DNA of 62,291 nt, filler included, from Myxococcota bacterium (GCA_023150835.1; 2 parts of 2 records of this genome joined end to end with filler, not necessarily neighbours in it); one strand, 5' to 3'. Counted from the first letter of the whole stretch, positions 9,927 through 23,700 are shown. Translations and numbers: made by a program. The notes: a model not told the origin generated them from the letters alone.

Positions 9927-10745
9927 TCACAACAATCGGGCGTATTTTGCGTGGCCTTGTGCGTCCATTTGTTGCAGTGCTTCTGCGCGTTTTTGCTGGT
10001 ATTGCTCACGCAGGGCGGCAAAGTGCTGTGGGGAAGGGGAGCTTGGGTCGGAAGGTTCAGGAGCGGCAGAGAAAAACAGGCCCGAAAAAAAAGCAGGAGA
10101 GAGGCCGTGTTGTTGGAGGGCGTCTTGATACCATCGCGCAGCATCGGAGAATGGAAGGCGAAAACCCACATCACGCAAGCGAGCTTCGATCTCGGCGTAT
10201 TGTTGGGGAGAAGCGTTGTGGATCTCGGCGATGAATCGGCCTCCTTCACGCAGCGCATCAAAGAAAACAGCGATGGCTTGGGATTGTTGGGGGGGAGATA
10301 GGCACTGCAAGGCTCGAAAATTCAAGATCAGATCAAGATCTTCTTGGGGGGCTTGTTGGCAAAAGTCCTGACATCGGGGGTAAAGCAGCAAGGGCGGATG
10401 GGGTGGAAAAGGCAGATGGTGTTGTTTGAGGCATTCTTTGAGCGATGGGATATGCTCGGTCCAACGGGGGTTTTGGAAAGTGCTGAGCATCTTGATCGCA
10501 CTTGGAGCGATATCGGTCACCCATGTCTCACAACCGAACGACGCAAACAGCAGCGGGGCAAGAGATAACCCATTGCCTGCGAACCACACCCGCCGTTCTT
10601 GTTGCGCAAGCAGCCAAGGCAAAAAAGCTGCGGCGCGTTCGATGTGGTAAGACAGAGCGCCTTTTTCCAGATGGTGGCCCTGCGCGATCAGTACGGCGAT
10701 ATGGTCTTCCCATCCTTGCGGATCCTCGGGACTCTTGTGTCGCAC
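9927..10745 (-). CDS. Putative class I SAM-dependent methyltransferase
   Basis: VWFAGNGLS (motif I-like), WVTDIAPSAI (acidic residue at strand 2), QDF, DLIL, LREGGRF; GTG at 10745 with AAGAGG upstream. Confidence 0.65.
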   Translation of the reverse strand: MRHKSPEDPQGWEDHIAVLIAQGHHLEKGALSYHIERAAAFLPWLLAQQERRVWFAGNGLSLAPLLFASFGCETWVTDIAPSAIKMLSTFQNPRWTEHIPSLKECLKQHHLPFPPHPPLLLYPRCQDFCQQAPQEDLDLILNFRALQCLSPPQQSQAIAVFFDALREGGRFIAEIHNASPQQYAEIEARLRDVGFRLPFSDAARWYQDALQQHGLSPAFFSGLFFSAAPEPSDPSSPSPQHFAALREQYQQKRAEALQQMDAQGHAKYARLL

Positions 10746-10820
10746 CGCGTGCCTCTTTTGGAAGGGACTTGTTGTGTTGCGCAAGATCGAAGCAGAAATC
10801 GCCAACGATGCAAGCGAAGA

Positions 10821-11612
10821 TCAAGATATCGAAAAGATCTCCCAAGGCCATTTGCCCATGCCAAGGCGCAAAAGGCTCAATAGTGCGAGATGGGCGGGGT
10901 AGTACACATAAAACGTCAGACGGGGGAGGTAGCGTCGAGTTCGGATCGCACAAGAGGATCCATACGCAACGATCGGGAGCACCAACGTCCCCGCTGTCGT
11001 CCAACAAAAGTCCGCCACAGGAAAAGCCATCGACCAAACACCCTCTTCGTAAGACAGCAGATGCCCAAGATCGATGTTGAGAAACACCGCCAACAAGGCA
11101 CACCAAAACCACCCGATGCGTCGGCCTTGTAAGATCATCACAAGCGCTACAGGAAAGACCAGCCCTACCAGATCGTAATCAAACGGATCTTTGAGCACAA
11201 AACTCACCAAAGAAAGCCCCAAAAGCAAATGCTGCCACACCGGCGATTGTTCGAGCAACCACCGCGAGATCAATGCCGTAAAACACAGGATAAACAGGAT
11301 GTTGATCTGCGGCTCGTCGAAGGCAAGCAAATAAAAAGGTTGGCTGAGCAGCGCGTACGCTATGATCCGTTGAAGATACCGATCCATCGGGTCTTTGCGG
11401 ATAAGATGACACGCCATCGCAAAACAAAACAGCGGATAGGCTCCTCGACCAAGATAAGTCAGCGAGGCGTATTCACCCCCAAACAACGCTTGGTTGGTGT
11501 GATCGAGTGTCATCAAGAACAACGCCCACAGCTTGAGCGTATCCAAGGCCCCTTCGGTTAAGAGCCACGGTGAAGGCGATGGGATGGGGAATTCGGAGGA
11601 AGGGATGTGCAT
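10821..11612 (-). CDS. traX: TraX-family membrane protein (pilin acetyltransferase-like)
   Basis: LKLWALFLMTLDH, GRGAYPLF, ALLSQP, NILF, FYVYYPAHL are characteristic TraX-family motifs; multiple TM segments. Confidence 0.85.
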   Translation of the reverse strand: MHIPSSEFPIPSPSPWLLTEGALDTLKLWALFLMTLDHTNQALFGGEYASLTYLGRGAYPLFCFAMACHLIRKDPMDRYLQRIIAYALLSQPFYLLAFDEPQINILFILCFTALISRWLLEQSPVWQHLLLGLSLVSFVLKDPFDYDLVGLVFPVALVMILQGRRIGWFWCALLAVFLNIDLGHLLSYEEGVWSMAFPVADFCWTTAGTLVLPIVAYGSSCAIRTRRYLPRLTFYVYYPAHLALLSLLRLGMGKWPWEIFSIS

Positions 11613-11722
11613 GATCGGGAGTGCGATCCTTTTTTGGGGGGGAGTCGAAGTGAAGGGATGTGAAGACTTGATCGTATCAACCGCTTGATCAAAGCGGTCG
11701 GGGGAAGTCGAAGTGAAGAGCG

Positions 11723-14700
11723 TCAGAACTTTCCGACAGCGCGGATGAAGAAGCCGCTGTAATCGCGGGTATCGTCGAGGAAGAGGTTGTCGGTAAAGCG
11801 TGTGAAGTTGTAGCCGACGCCGACGTAGGCGAAGCGATGGATATTGTACGAGGCTTCGACCAAGAAACCGTGATCAAAGGTCGAGTGGCGTAGGGCTTCG
11901 CCGCCTGAGCCTTGCCATTGCCAGAAGAGACGGTACTCGACGCCGATATCCAGTTTGTCAATCAGATGGAAATTCAGGCGGTTGATCCATAGGATCGTGG
12001 CAGTCGAAGCGGGCTGTAGTCCGGCGATCTCTTCTTTGCGGAACTTGACGTTGAATTGCTCGACGATCTGGAGACGGAAAGGCAACTCGAAGATCGGAAC
12101 CAGCGAGAAAACCTCCGTTACAGAGCGCTGTTGTTCGTTGGTGCCCGTCAATCCGAGGGGACGTTGTTCTTGGCGCAAGGTGTACTTGAGCAGGACACTC
12201 ACCCAATCAAATCGGACGGGGCGATACGCAAGACCCGCCGTGAATTCGAGCAGCTCGCCTTCGGTGCCGCCTGCGCCGCTGTTAAAGGAGAAGTTGTGTG
12301 TGAGCGCGTAGTTGAGTCGGATCAAGAAGGCGACATCTTCGGTGAATTGCCATGTCACGTTGTTGAGGGTGACAAACTGGAGCTTGTCGCCTGTGTTGAG
12401 GAGGGGGTTGTTTTCGTCGTAGCGAAGCTCGTAGCGACCCGAGGCTTTGATGTTTTTCCAACGGGTGAGTTGGAAGGTTAAACGCCCGACAGTTCGGCCA
12501 CTTGCGCCTGCGCGAGGATCAAGGAACATCGCTCGCTCAAAGCCTGCACCAAGAAATACCCCTTGGAAGAACTCGAAGACGTGGTTGAGACCGACGACTG
12601 CGCGGGAGTTTTCGTTGGAGATGCCGCTGTCGAGCTGATATTCGCCATACACACGGCTGCCACGGCTGAGCTTTTGCTCTGCGCCGATCACGACGGTATT
12701 GACGAGACCTGTGCTGAATTGTTGGTAGGTGATCTCTTCGCGGATGTAAGCTGAAGACGTTTCGTTGAGCTTGGTTTTGAGGCCGACTTGGGCGGAATGA
12801 TTCCCGCTCCATCGGAGGGTTCCCGCGACCGTTGCGTAAGTATCCGTGTCGAAAAGTTTGAGGTTCAGTCCCAACGTCGTGGCAAAGTGATCCATGACCG
12901 TGAGCGGTGCGACGGTTTGGGTTTCAAAGGCAAGCTGTTGGCGGAGCATGACTTGGACGTATTTGTTGATCTTCCACGAGCCACCAAGTGTGACGAAGTT
13001 GCCCCAGAGGTTGAGTCGTCGGAGGCCATCAAAGTCTTGGGTGTGGCTGTATTCGATGGTGACGTCCCAACTTGGGTTGATAAAGAAGGCATACTGCAAG
13101 TTGAAGAGGTGCTTGATGTAGTCGTAGGATTGGTTGGTGGTGGGATCGAATTGAAGGCCGATGCCGCCGTCGTATTTGAGTTGGATCTGATGCTTTTTGA
13201 ACAGTTTGAGGCGTGCGACCGCACCGCCTTTGGTGGTGCCTTGTTCGGGAGCTTGGCCTGACGCGAAGAAGTCGCGGTCTCGATGGGAAAAATACGCCGA
13301 GGTGATCAACTCGATATCTTTCCATTTGGTGAGTTCGGAGATGTCGGAGTTGAGGCGGACAGCGACGGCGTTTCCTTCGAGGGGGACGGCGCTGGTGGTG
13401 CCTTGTTGACCGAGTAGGCCAGAGAAGCGTTGGTTGTTGTGGAAGCCTTGGAGCGGTCGGAAGGTGAGTCCACCGTCGTCGCTAAAGAAGCTTTGCGAAT
13501 CAAAAGAAAGACTGCGTGCGTATTCGGCTTGAAGGTAGGTGTTTTTGTTCCATCGTGCGGTCAGGTCAAAGCCCCACAGTTGATAAGCTGGAGTGCCGCC
13601 CGTTGCGCGATTTTCTTGAACGAAGCTAAAGCCCACTTTGATCTTGTCGAAGAAAGATTGGCTGACTTGGACGCCGACAGTCAGTCCATTTTGGCCGTCG
13701 AGGTTTTCGTATTCGTAATCGGCTTCGATGTAGAGGGGGTTTCCGTCGAGGGTGGAGAAGAGGTTGTGTTGTGTGAGCAAGAAGCTATCGGCGACAGCAG
13801 AGACGGGGTGTTTAAAGAAGATACGGCCTTCAAAGTATTGGACGTTGTAATCGTCGTAACGTCGGAGGGGGATCTGGTGAAGGATGATGCCCGAGTCTTT
13901 GTCGCGGATGGTGAGTCGGATCTGCTCGGAGCCTTCGAGGATATTTTGATGGGGTAGATAGTAGAGCGAGCCGCCTGTTCCACGCATCTGGATGTGGGCT
14001 TTGAGTTGTTGTTGCTGTCCGTCAGAGACGAAGACGCGGGCGCGAGTGTCGTAGTGTTTGGCGAAACGCTTTTGGAAGTCGATATCGACGCCGTGTACGG
14101 TGCGATCGTAGCGGATGATCTCGACGCCGCGCAGTTTGGTATTGAAGTTTCCTGCGACAAGACGGGAGCGATCCGCTTGGACCATGACGTAAAGCGGCAT
14201 ACGGTAGGATTGATCACCGACTTTGAAGCCCCAGCCACGGGTTTGAACGTCTTGGACTTGTTTTCCTGAGTCGCCATACACGGGGTAATAGCGGTCTGGA
14301 TCGATTAGCTGTTGGTAAAAATCCGTGATCTCGCGGCGTTTGGGGGTTTCGATATAAGCGGTGTATTGGATATTTTTGAAGATCGCGCTGAGAAGGTGTT
14401 TTCCTTGGACTTGGCCTTTGGCGTAAAAGACGGCTCGACCGTGGATCATCACACCGCTGCCTTGGAAAGAGCCGATCGATTCGAGTCCTTCGATCTGGGT
14501 GCTTTGTGTGCCAAAGGTCATGTCTGCGAGCGCAAGCATAAACAAGCGGTTAAGGTTGACGTTGATCGGCCAGTTGATCTCGCCGCGATTGCCTTCTTTG
14601 TCTTCGGCGTAGAGTTGAAGTTTTTGCTGGCCGTGTTTGAGCTTGACCTTGACGGAAAAGACCCCTTTGTCAGAGACGGTCGCGGTCTGTCCGTTGGCAA

Positions 14701-17700
14701 AGACCTTGTTTCCGGGTTCGGTGTACCCTGTGAGGGTGAGTTCTTCGCTGTGAATGACCGAACCTTGGGGAGGAAGCGTGACGCGCAGTTTTGCAGCGGC
14801 GACTTCTTTGGCTTCGGACAGCGGGATCTCGACCAGTTTGGTTTTGGGTTCAGAAGGCGCGGGCTTTGCGGGCTTTGCGGGCTTTGCGGGCTTTGCGTCT
14901 TTGGTGGACGATGGGGGGAGGGCGGTTGATTTGGCCGAATGTACGGTGGCTTGCGCGACGGTAAGCGTTTTCTTTGCGGAAGCGGGGTCTTGTGCGAGGT
15001 TGGTTGTTTTGGTCGAAGGGGTGGTCGTTTGCGCAACGTTCGGGGTGTTGTTCGAGGATTTTGCCGAAGGGGTGGTTGTTTGCGGCGAGGTCGCGTCGAA
15101 AGTGAGCGGAGCCGGTGTGGGGGCTTGGGCGACACGAAGGTGTTTGCCGCGCCGTCCGTTGGTTTCGGAGGGGGTGTTTTGGGTGAGGTGATCGACTTTG
15201 TTTGCGGAGAGATAGAGTCGGAAGGTGGGTTGATCGTTGGCGGAGAGCAGGGGGTGGTTGTTTGGATCTTGGAACTCAAGCAAGAAACGCTTTTTGTTGA
15301 AGATCTGAGAAGGGTGCAAGATCAAGGACTTGCGAGGAGTAAAGGTGCGGCGTTTGAACCAAGCGAGGGGATCTTTTTTGGGCGCGGTGGAGGGCGATTT
15401 GGGGATCTGTGGTTTGGGCGCGGGTGCGGTGGTGGGAGCTTTTTTGAGGATAACGACGGGGAGATCGACACGTCCACCGCGTGGGGTGGTGATCTGGAGT
15501 CGGATCTCTCGGACATAAGGGGGTTGGAGAGTATGTTCAAACTGGCCGCGAGCGGTAAGCGGGAGGTTGAGTTGTTCGATCTGGGCCATCGGATCGTAGG
15601 ACATCCCGGGGATGGCGTTTCCTGCGGCGCTTTGTTCTTCGGTGACGCGGATCTCGATGCGCAGGTTTTTGCGTTTGTTGCGTGTACTGATGTTGGGCAA
15701 GAGCGGGCGACCTGCGCCAAAGCCGCGAGAGACGATCTGTGTGGAGGGTATCTGGAGCGAAGTTTGGAGGAAGTTGGCGATCGAGACAGCGCGGCGAACG
15801 GTGAGGAAAAGTGCGCGTTGACGGGGGAGATCGGTGTTGTGGTGGACGTGGACTTCGAGGCGGGTGTTGGATTCTTTGAGCAGAGCGAGGACTTTCTTAC
15901 GGAAGGCAGCGCTGCGCAGACGCGAGCGCAGGCGCCCGTAAACTTTGATGCCGCTGCGGCCCATCCATTGAGCGGGGAAAGTTTGGTTGAAGAGGACTTT
16001 GCGCGGCTTTTTGGTGACATTTGCCCCGAAGATGCGGGGAGGGCTTTGGCTGATCGTGTCGTCGAGGGTGGTCAAGGTGAATTGGGCGATGTAAAGGCTG
16101 CGTTCGCGCAAGACAAAGACGCCTGCGTTGGAATCGCCCATCCATTCGATGAGAGGAGGCGGGGTGCCAACGCCTTTCATGGTGCGGATCATCAGGCCCA
16201 TTTTTTTGCCTTGGGCTTTTTCGTAGAGGTCGATGCGCCAGTTGGCAGGGCGCGTCCCTTCGGCGACGCGCAGATGGAAGGCGGCGGGTTTGGGGAGGCT
16301 TTTGTCGCGTAGTTCTAGATCGATGCCTTGTTCGCTTTCAAAGTTGGGCAGGTGATCTTTTTCAGCGGTGATGGCGAGATCCACGACGGGGAGAGGACGG
16401 GGTTGTCCGTTGATGGCGAGGCGGGGTCCGTAGACGCTGCCTGTGATGCGGATGGGTTGGGGCTTGGGTTTGGGGATAACCTTTTTGCGCAAGAAGACTT
16501 TTTGAACGGTGGAGGTGACCGAATTGCATTTGACGGCGAAGTTGATTTTTCGGAAGAGACCGCGAGAGATGTAGAAGATACGGTCGGGGGTATCGATCAT
16601 GGTCGAGCCGGGGGGGAGGGTTTGGGCATCGATCTTGAGCATATGGTTTCCGGGATCGATGGCTTGGATATGGTATTTGCCGGTCTCGTCGGTTTCGGCG
16701 TAGTGTCCGTTGTCGAGATAGATGCGGACGCCACCGATGCCCGTGTCATCGGGGTCTTGCCAGCGGTTGCCGTTTTTGTCGCAGAAGACTTTTCCAAGCA
16801 CAGTACCTTGGTCAAAGATCGGATCGTAGGTGACTTGGACGACGGCGCGGGCTTGTTCGCTGATGGCTCCGCCCGCTTCGTTTTGGACGGTGGCGATGTT
16901 GACGTAAGAGCCGACAGGAAGGCCGCGACTGACAGCGACTTGGTAACGCAGCGTGATGTCGGTGAGTCCGGGCAGATCGAAGGGTCCAAAGCGCATCAGG
17001 CGGGTGGGCGTGATGGATTGGCCGTTTTTGCGGTTGGTGTTGGCTTCTGCGAGGACTTCGCGGCCATCGGAGCGTTTGACGCGAGGGCTGAGGGAAAGCA
17101 GGTTAAAGCCCGCAGGGAGGATATCGTTGATGTAGATCCCGCCGGTTTTTTTGTTGGAGTCAAAGAGCAAGTCGACGGGGCTGCGGTTTTCGACTTTGAG
17201 GGTGTAGGTGATGATATCGCCGACGGTGGCGACTTTGAGGGAGGCGGTTTTGCTGAGGATGATCAGGCTATCGAAGGAGTCGAGGGGGAGGTGGTTGTTT
17301 TGGATGACTTGTGGGCGGTTGGTGACGGAGAATCGGACATAATAGGTCTTGGGTTGGTTGGTATTTCCGGGGTTGGGTCGATCTTGGGGGATGATCTTTC
17401 CAAGATCGGTGAAGGTGGCGAATTGTGCGATGCCTGCTTCGGGAGCGATGCGTGTGGAAGGGAAGACCAAGGTGGGGATGGGGGAACGGACGGCGATGCG
17501 GTAGCTTCGTTCGTTTGAGGTGGGCGGATCGAACTTGTACATACCTCGGCGGTTGGTGGGTTGGCCTTGTTGGTTTTCGGGGAGATCGGTTTGGGAGACT
17601 TGTTGTCCGCAGCGGCCTTCGCGGTCGCCCGCTTTTTCTCGGATGCAAAGGCCGGTGTTTCCGCAATCACTGTCACGTCGGCAGGCCGTGTTTCCAAGAT

Positions 17701-20700
17701 CATCGAAGACAAGGAAAACACGGGCATCTTCGATAAAGTTGCCGTTATCGCTTTGGTAGATGCGGCCTGTGGGAGCGACTTCGAGGTTGCGGTTGAGGGT
17801 GCCGCCGTTGCTGAGATCGATATCGTACTCAGCGAATTGGACATTTTTCTCGGAGTACACGCGGATCTTGTAGGTGGCGTTGGGGAGGTTGGCGAGTCGA
17901 TAGTTGGCTTGTTCGTCTGCGGTGGCGGTGCGGACGGGGTTTTGGAGGTTGTCGCTGCGATAGGCGCGTACTTGGAAGGCCGAGAGGCGTTCGTCGGTGT
18001 CGGCATCAAAGGAAGTGTTGGTGCCGATCTCTTGGTAGATGATCCCTTGGAGGGAGGCGGTACCACCGCCGCTTTGGACGGTGGTTTGGACTTCGTTGGT
18101 TTCTTCGCTGAGGTTGGGTGGAGCGGTGAGGGTGGCCTTGTTGCGGATGACGGTTCCAGCGGGGGCGTTGGTGGCGATCAAGACTTGGAAGATCAGCAGG
18201 GCGCTTTGGTTGGGGGCAAGGGTGATACCGCTGAAGATCACAGTGCGGGAGTTGGCGTCGAAGGTGTTGGTGCCGGGTCCTTGGGCGCTGTTGTTGCGGT
18301 AGGTGGTGTTTGGGGAGATGGGGTCGCGAACCTCGATGTTGGTTAGTTCGGTCTGTCCGCCGTTTCGGACGGTGATTCGGTATTCGAGGATATCGCCCGG
18401 GTTAGCGTCGCCGCCGTTGAGGTCGACGACTTCTTTGACGCCGACAAGTAGGCTTTGTGTGCCGACGGGGATGACGGTGGGTTGGTTGCCGTTGGCTTCG
18501 TTGTCATCGGCATCGGTGGCTTCGCGGCGGAAGTTGTTGGCTTGGACGAAGCCTTGGTTGGAGATCAGTTTGCCGCCCGTGATGCGGACGCGGAAAGTGA
18601 CGCGGGCTTGTTGTCCAGCGGGAAGGTTTCCGAGGTTGACAAAGACAGTTCCGCGCCCAGCACCTGCGCGAAACTCGGCAGCATCGGCGTCAGCGGTGTC
18701 TGTAAGAGAACGCCCATCAAGGGTAATGGAGGAGCCGATGTAAAGGGTGTTTTCGGGGATCTCGTCTTCGATACGGGCGGCGTTGGCGGGGGCGTTGCCG
18801 GAGTTTCGGACAAGGAGGGTGTATTCGAGGACGTCGTTGATATCGGCGACGTTGGGAGTGCCGGCGTCTTCGGCGATACGGACGGTTTTGGCGGTGGCGG
18901 TGAGGTTGGGTCCACCGCCGACGACGACATCGGTGGGGTCGTTGGGAGCGGGTGTTTCGGGATTGTCGGTGCGTAGCGGAGGAACATTGCTGCCCGAGAT
19001 GCGGCCTTGGTTGGAGAGAATCGTGCCGTTGGCGACGCCTTGGTTGACACGGACTTGGAAAGTAATGGTGGCGGATTCGTCCTCGGGTGGGGTGCCATCG
19101 TCGGGGAGAAGGGTTCCGGGTTGGGTTCCTGATCGAGCGCTTTGGACGAGGATTCCTACTGCAAGGGGGTTGTTGGTGCCGTCGTCAGGGACTTGTTGGC
19201 TGTTGAGGCGTGTGGAGCCCGGGATATAGGTGGTGTTGGCAGGGGTGGCGTCGATCAATTGGAGTTGTTGCGCATTGAGAGAGCCACGGTTGCGGAGGAT
19301 CAGGGTGTAGGTGAGGATATCGTTGGCCTCGACTTGACCGCCGTTTTCATCACGGACGGTTTTGGTGGCGACGACGAGCGCGCTGGCTTGGACAGTGACG
19401 CGGGTGGGATCTTTGGGGGTGGGGGTGGTGGGATCATCGGAGAGTTGGGGGGTGGTGATCTCGCGGCTGGTGACGCGGGCTTGGTTGTCGAGGTTGGTGC
19501 CGTTGGGTGTGTTGGGATCGACGGTTGCGTTGAAGGTGAGTAGGCGCGTTTGCCCGGGGCCGATGCTTGGGAGATTCCAGACGATCTCGTTGTTGACGAC
19601 GATGCCGCCTTGTCCGGGGAGTATGTTGATCAAACCGGTGGGGACGGGGTCACGGACCTCGACGCTGTTGGCGGCTTGTGAGCCTGTGTTTTGGACGGTG
19701 ATGGTGTAGGTGAGTTGTGTGCCGGGACTGGCGATGCCGTTGGTTGTGCCGCTGACGGTTTTGGTGATGTTGGAGAGGTTGGGTGCGCTTTGGACGGTGA
19801 TGCGGGTGGGATCGTCGGAGGCGGGAGTATTGGGATCATCGGTGAGGGTGTCGGAGGTGGTTTCGGTGCTGCGGATGGTAGCTTGGTTGGATATCACGGT
19901 GCCATCGGTAGTTCCAGCGCGGATCCTAGCGCGGATCGTGAGCAAGACTTCGGATTGGGCATCGATGCGTGCGAGTGCAGGGGTGGTGGTGGGATTCCAA
20001 GTGAGGGTGTTTCCGCTGAGTGTTCCGCCGTTTCCGGGTCGGATGTTGTCGAGGTTTGGATCGATGGGGTCGGTGACGATGACGTTGGTGACAGGGGTGT
20101 TGCTGGTGTTGCGGATGCGGAGGGTGTACTCGATCTCGTCGTTGGGTTCGGCAGAGCCACCGTTGATATCGCGAACTTCTTTGGTGGAGGCAGAGATATC
20201 GGGGAATGCAACAAGGAGGAAGGTGGGGTCGTTGGGTGTGGGAGTGGCGGGATCATCGGAGAGCAGTTGAAGGGTGCCGTCGTTGTTGGTGGCGCGGGCT
20301 TGGTTGGGGATGCGTGTTCCGTCAGGAACACCCGCACGGATGCGTGCTTCAAAGGTGACTTGGGTTTGTTCGCCCGGCTTGAGTTGGGTGAGTGCAGGGA
20401 CTTGGGCTGCGGTCCAAGTGATGGTGTTTCCAGAGACTTGGCCGTTGTTGAGGGCGCGGACGATCTCAAGGTTGGCGTCGACAACGTCTGTGAGTGTGAT
20501 CTGATCGACGTTGCTGGTGCCTGTGTTGTTGATCGTGACGGTGTATCGGACGATATCGCTCGGTCGATAAGAGCCACCGTTGAGATCAGCGGCTGTTTTG
20601 GTGAAGGTGAGGCGTGTGGTGGAGCGGACGATGACGACGGTGGGATCGTTGGGAGTGGGAGTGTTGGGATCGTCGGTGGGGAGAGGGGTTGCGACCTGAT

Positions 20701-23700
20701 CGGCGGAGACTTGGGCTTGGTTGGCGATGCGGGTGTTGTCAGCGAGTCCCGTTTTGATGCGTGCGGTGAAGGTGACTTGTTGGCTTGCGTTGGCGGGGAT
20801 CGCAGAGATGGTCCAGAGGATGCGGCCTGTGTTGGGGTCAAAGATGCCGCCATTTGCGGGGTTGATGGCCTCAAGGGTGTTGGTATCAATGGGATCGTTG
20901 ATCACGACGTTGGTGGCGGGCTGTGTTCCCGAGTTTCGGACGGTGAGGGTGTAGGTGAGCGTGTCGCCCGGGGCAGGATCGCCGCCGTTGTTGTCGGTGA
21001 CGGTTTTGGTAGAGGCCAAGAGGGCTTGTCCGCCGACGACGATGGCGGTGGGATCATCAAGGGCAGGGGTGGTGGGATCATCGGTGGGTACGGGTGTATT
21101 GAGTCCTTGGGCGGTCAAAGTGCCTTGGTTGAGGATGCGTGTTCCAGCGGGGACACCTTGGGCGATCTGTGCGGTGAAGGTGAGTGTCACGCTGGTGTTG
21201 GGGGCGATGTTGCGCAGCGCAGGGGTTGTATTGCCGTCCCAGTTGATCGTGCCACCGCTGAGCGTCCCACCTTGCCCGGGGGCGATGTTGATCAAGTTGT
21301 TGGTGTCGATGGGATCGCGGACCACGACGTTGATGGCTGCGCCTTTGCCGGTGTTTCGGACGGTAAGGGTGTAGGTGAGGATATCGCCCGGCTGAGGTGT
21401 ACCGCCGTTGTTGTCGCGGACTTCTTTGGTGGAGTCAGCGAGGGTGGGGCCTGCGACGACGGTGACTTTGGTGGAGTCGTTGTCTTCGGTGGTACGGGGA
21501 TCATCGGAAGGTTCAGGGGAGGTGATCTCGGTGCTGGTGACTTGGGCTTGGTTTTCGATGACGGTGCCGTTTTGGGCGGTGGTGAGGACCACAGCGGTAA
21601 AGGTCAATGTGACGGAAGCGCCGACGGGGAGATTGGCGAGGGCAGGGGTGGTGGTGGCATTCCAAGTGATGGTGTTTCCTGCGAAGGTTCCGCCTTGTCC
21701 CGGGGTGATCTGGTTGATCTTGGTCGTGTCGATGGGATCGCGTACAACGACATTGGTTGCGGCAGAAGTTCCGGTATTTCGGAGGGTAATGGTGTAAGTG
21801 AGGGTATCGCCGGGTTCGACTTGTCCGCCGTTGTTGTCGGTGACTTCTTTGGTGGTGTTGGCGAGCGATGGGCCCGAAGTGACGGTGATGATCGTGGGAT
21901 CGCTGGGGGCGGGAGTGGTGGGGTCGTCGGTGACGGTAGCGTTGGCGTTGGCGGCGGTGATGCGGCCTTGGTTGGAGATCTTGGTTTGGTTGGGGAGAGC
22001 AGGTTTGACGCGGGCCGTAAAGGTCAAGCGAACTTCGCTGTTGCTGGCGATGCTTGGGATGTTCCAAGAGATGACGTTTCCAGCGAGTACACCGCCGTTT
22101 GCGGGGACGATGGCTTCGAGGTTGGTGTCGACGGCATCGGTGACGAGGACGCTGGTTGCGGCGACGTTGCCGGAGTTTCGGATGGTGAGGGTATAAGAGA
22201 CGGTTTCACCGGGCAAAAGCTGGCCGCCGTTGATATCGCGGACTTCTTTGGTGGAGGTGGTGAGATCGGGGCGTGAACGAACGGTGACGCGGGTGGGATC
22301 GTTGGGGGCGGGAGTGGCGGGATCGTCGGAGTTTTGTGCGGGGATGCCTGTGGCGTTGAGGATGGCTTGGTTGTCGATGAAGGTGCCGTCGGGGAGATTG
22401 GCTTGGACACGTGCGGAAAAGGTGAGGCGGATCTCATCGCCGGGGTTGAGGTTGGCGAGGGCGGGAGTGGTGGTGGGATTCCAAGTCAGGGTGTTTCCGC
22501 TAAGTGTTCCGCCATTTCCGGGTTGGATCTGGGTCAGTTGTGCAGGGACAACGTCGGTGACGACGACGTTTCGGTAGGGGGCATTGCCTGAGATGCGCAG
22601 GGTGAGGGTGTAGGTGAGGATATCGCCCGGGACGACATCGCCCCCGTTGGCATCGCGAACTTCTTTGGTGAAGGTGGCGGTGGCTTGGGATTGGACGGTG
22701 ACGCGGGTGGGATCGTTGGGTGTGGGGGTGTTGGGATCGTCGGAGAGGATCTCTGTAAAGTTTGCGCCGTTGATGCGGGCTTGGTTGGAGAGGACGGTGC
22801 TGTTGGGGAGTGGGGCGCGGATCTGTGCGGTGAAGGTGACGGTGGTGGTGGCGTTGGGGGCGAGGCTTGCGAGGGCAGGCGTGGTGTTGCGGTTCCAGAC
22901 GATGGCTCCGCCCGTGAGGGTGCCGCCATTTGCGGGGACGATGTTGATCAAGTTGGCGTCGATCGGGTCGGAGATCACGATGTCGGTTGCGGCGGTACTG
23001 CCGGTGTTTCGGAGGGTGATGGTGTAAGTGAGGGTATCGCCGGGTTGAGGGGAACCGCCGTTGTTGTCGGTGACGGTTTTGGTGGAGGCAAGGTTGGGAC
23101 GTGCGACGACGCGGATGACGGTGGGATCGCCGAGGACGGGGGTGTTTGGATCATCGGTGCGTTGGGCGCCGCCGATGTTGGGGCCTTGGATCACGCCTTG
23201 GTTGGGGATGACGGTCCCGTCGGTGGTTCCGGCCTTGATGCGTGCTGTAAAAGTTAACACAACGGTGGCGTTGGGAGCGATGCTTGCGAGGGCGGGAGTG
23301 GTGGCCGTGTTCCAAGTGATGGTGTTTGCTGCGAAGGTTCCGCCATTTGCGGGGACGACGTTTTCGAGGTTGGGATCGATGACATCGATCACGACAAGGT
23401 CGGTGGCTGCGCGGTTTCCAGAGTTTCGGAGCGTGAGTGTGTAGGTGAGGGTGTCGTTGGGTTCGATTTGACCGCCGTTGTTGTCGGTGACGGTTTTGGT
23501 GGAGCGAGAGAGTTCGGGTCCAGCGATCACGGTGAGCGTTTGCGAAGATATCGAGAGTCGGCTGTTGTCTTTTTCGTCGATGATATCGCCGAGATTGGTG
23601 ATGGCTGTGCCGTTGGGGACGTTGGGATCGATGGTGACGCGAAAGACGATCTGTGCGGATTGTCCGACGTTTAGTGCGATATTGCGTACGGTCAGCAGCC

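Noticed and set aside
11668-11680. TTGATCGTATCAA as an FNR box upstream of traX
   Set aside because: The spacer is 3 nt rather than the required 4, and GATC-containing words are frequent here.
19691-22276. 861-aa plus-strand ORF and the other long ORFs antisense to the giant gene
   Set aside because: Shadow ORFs caused by the biased, repetitive codon use of the real minus-strand gene; no motifs.
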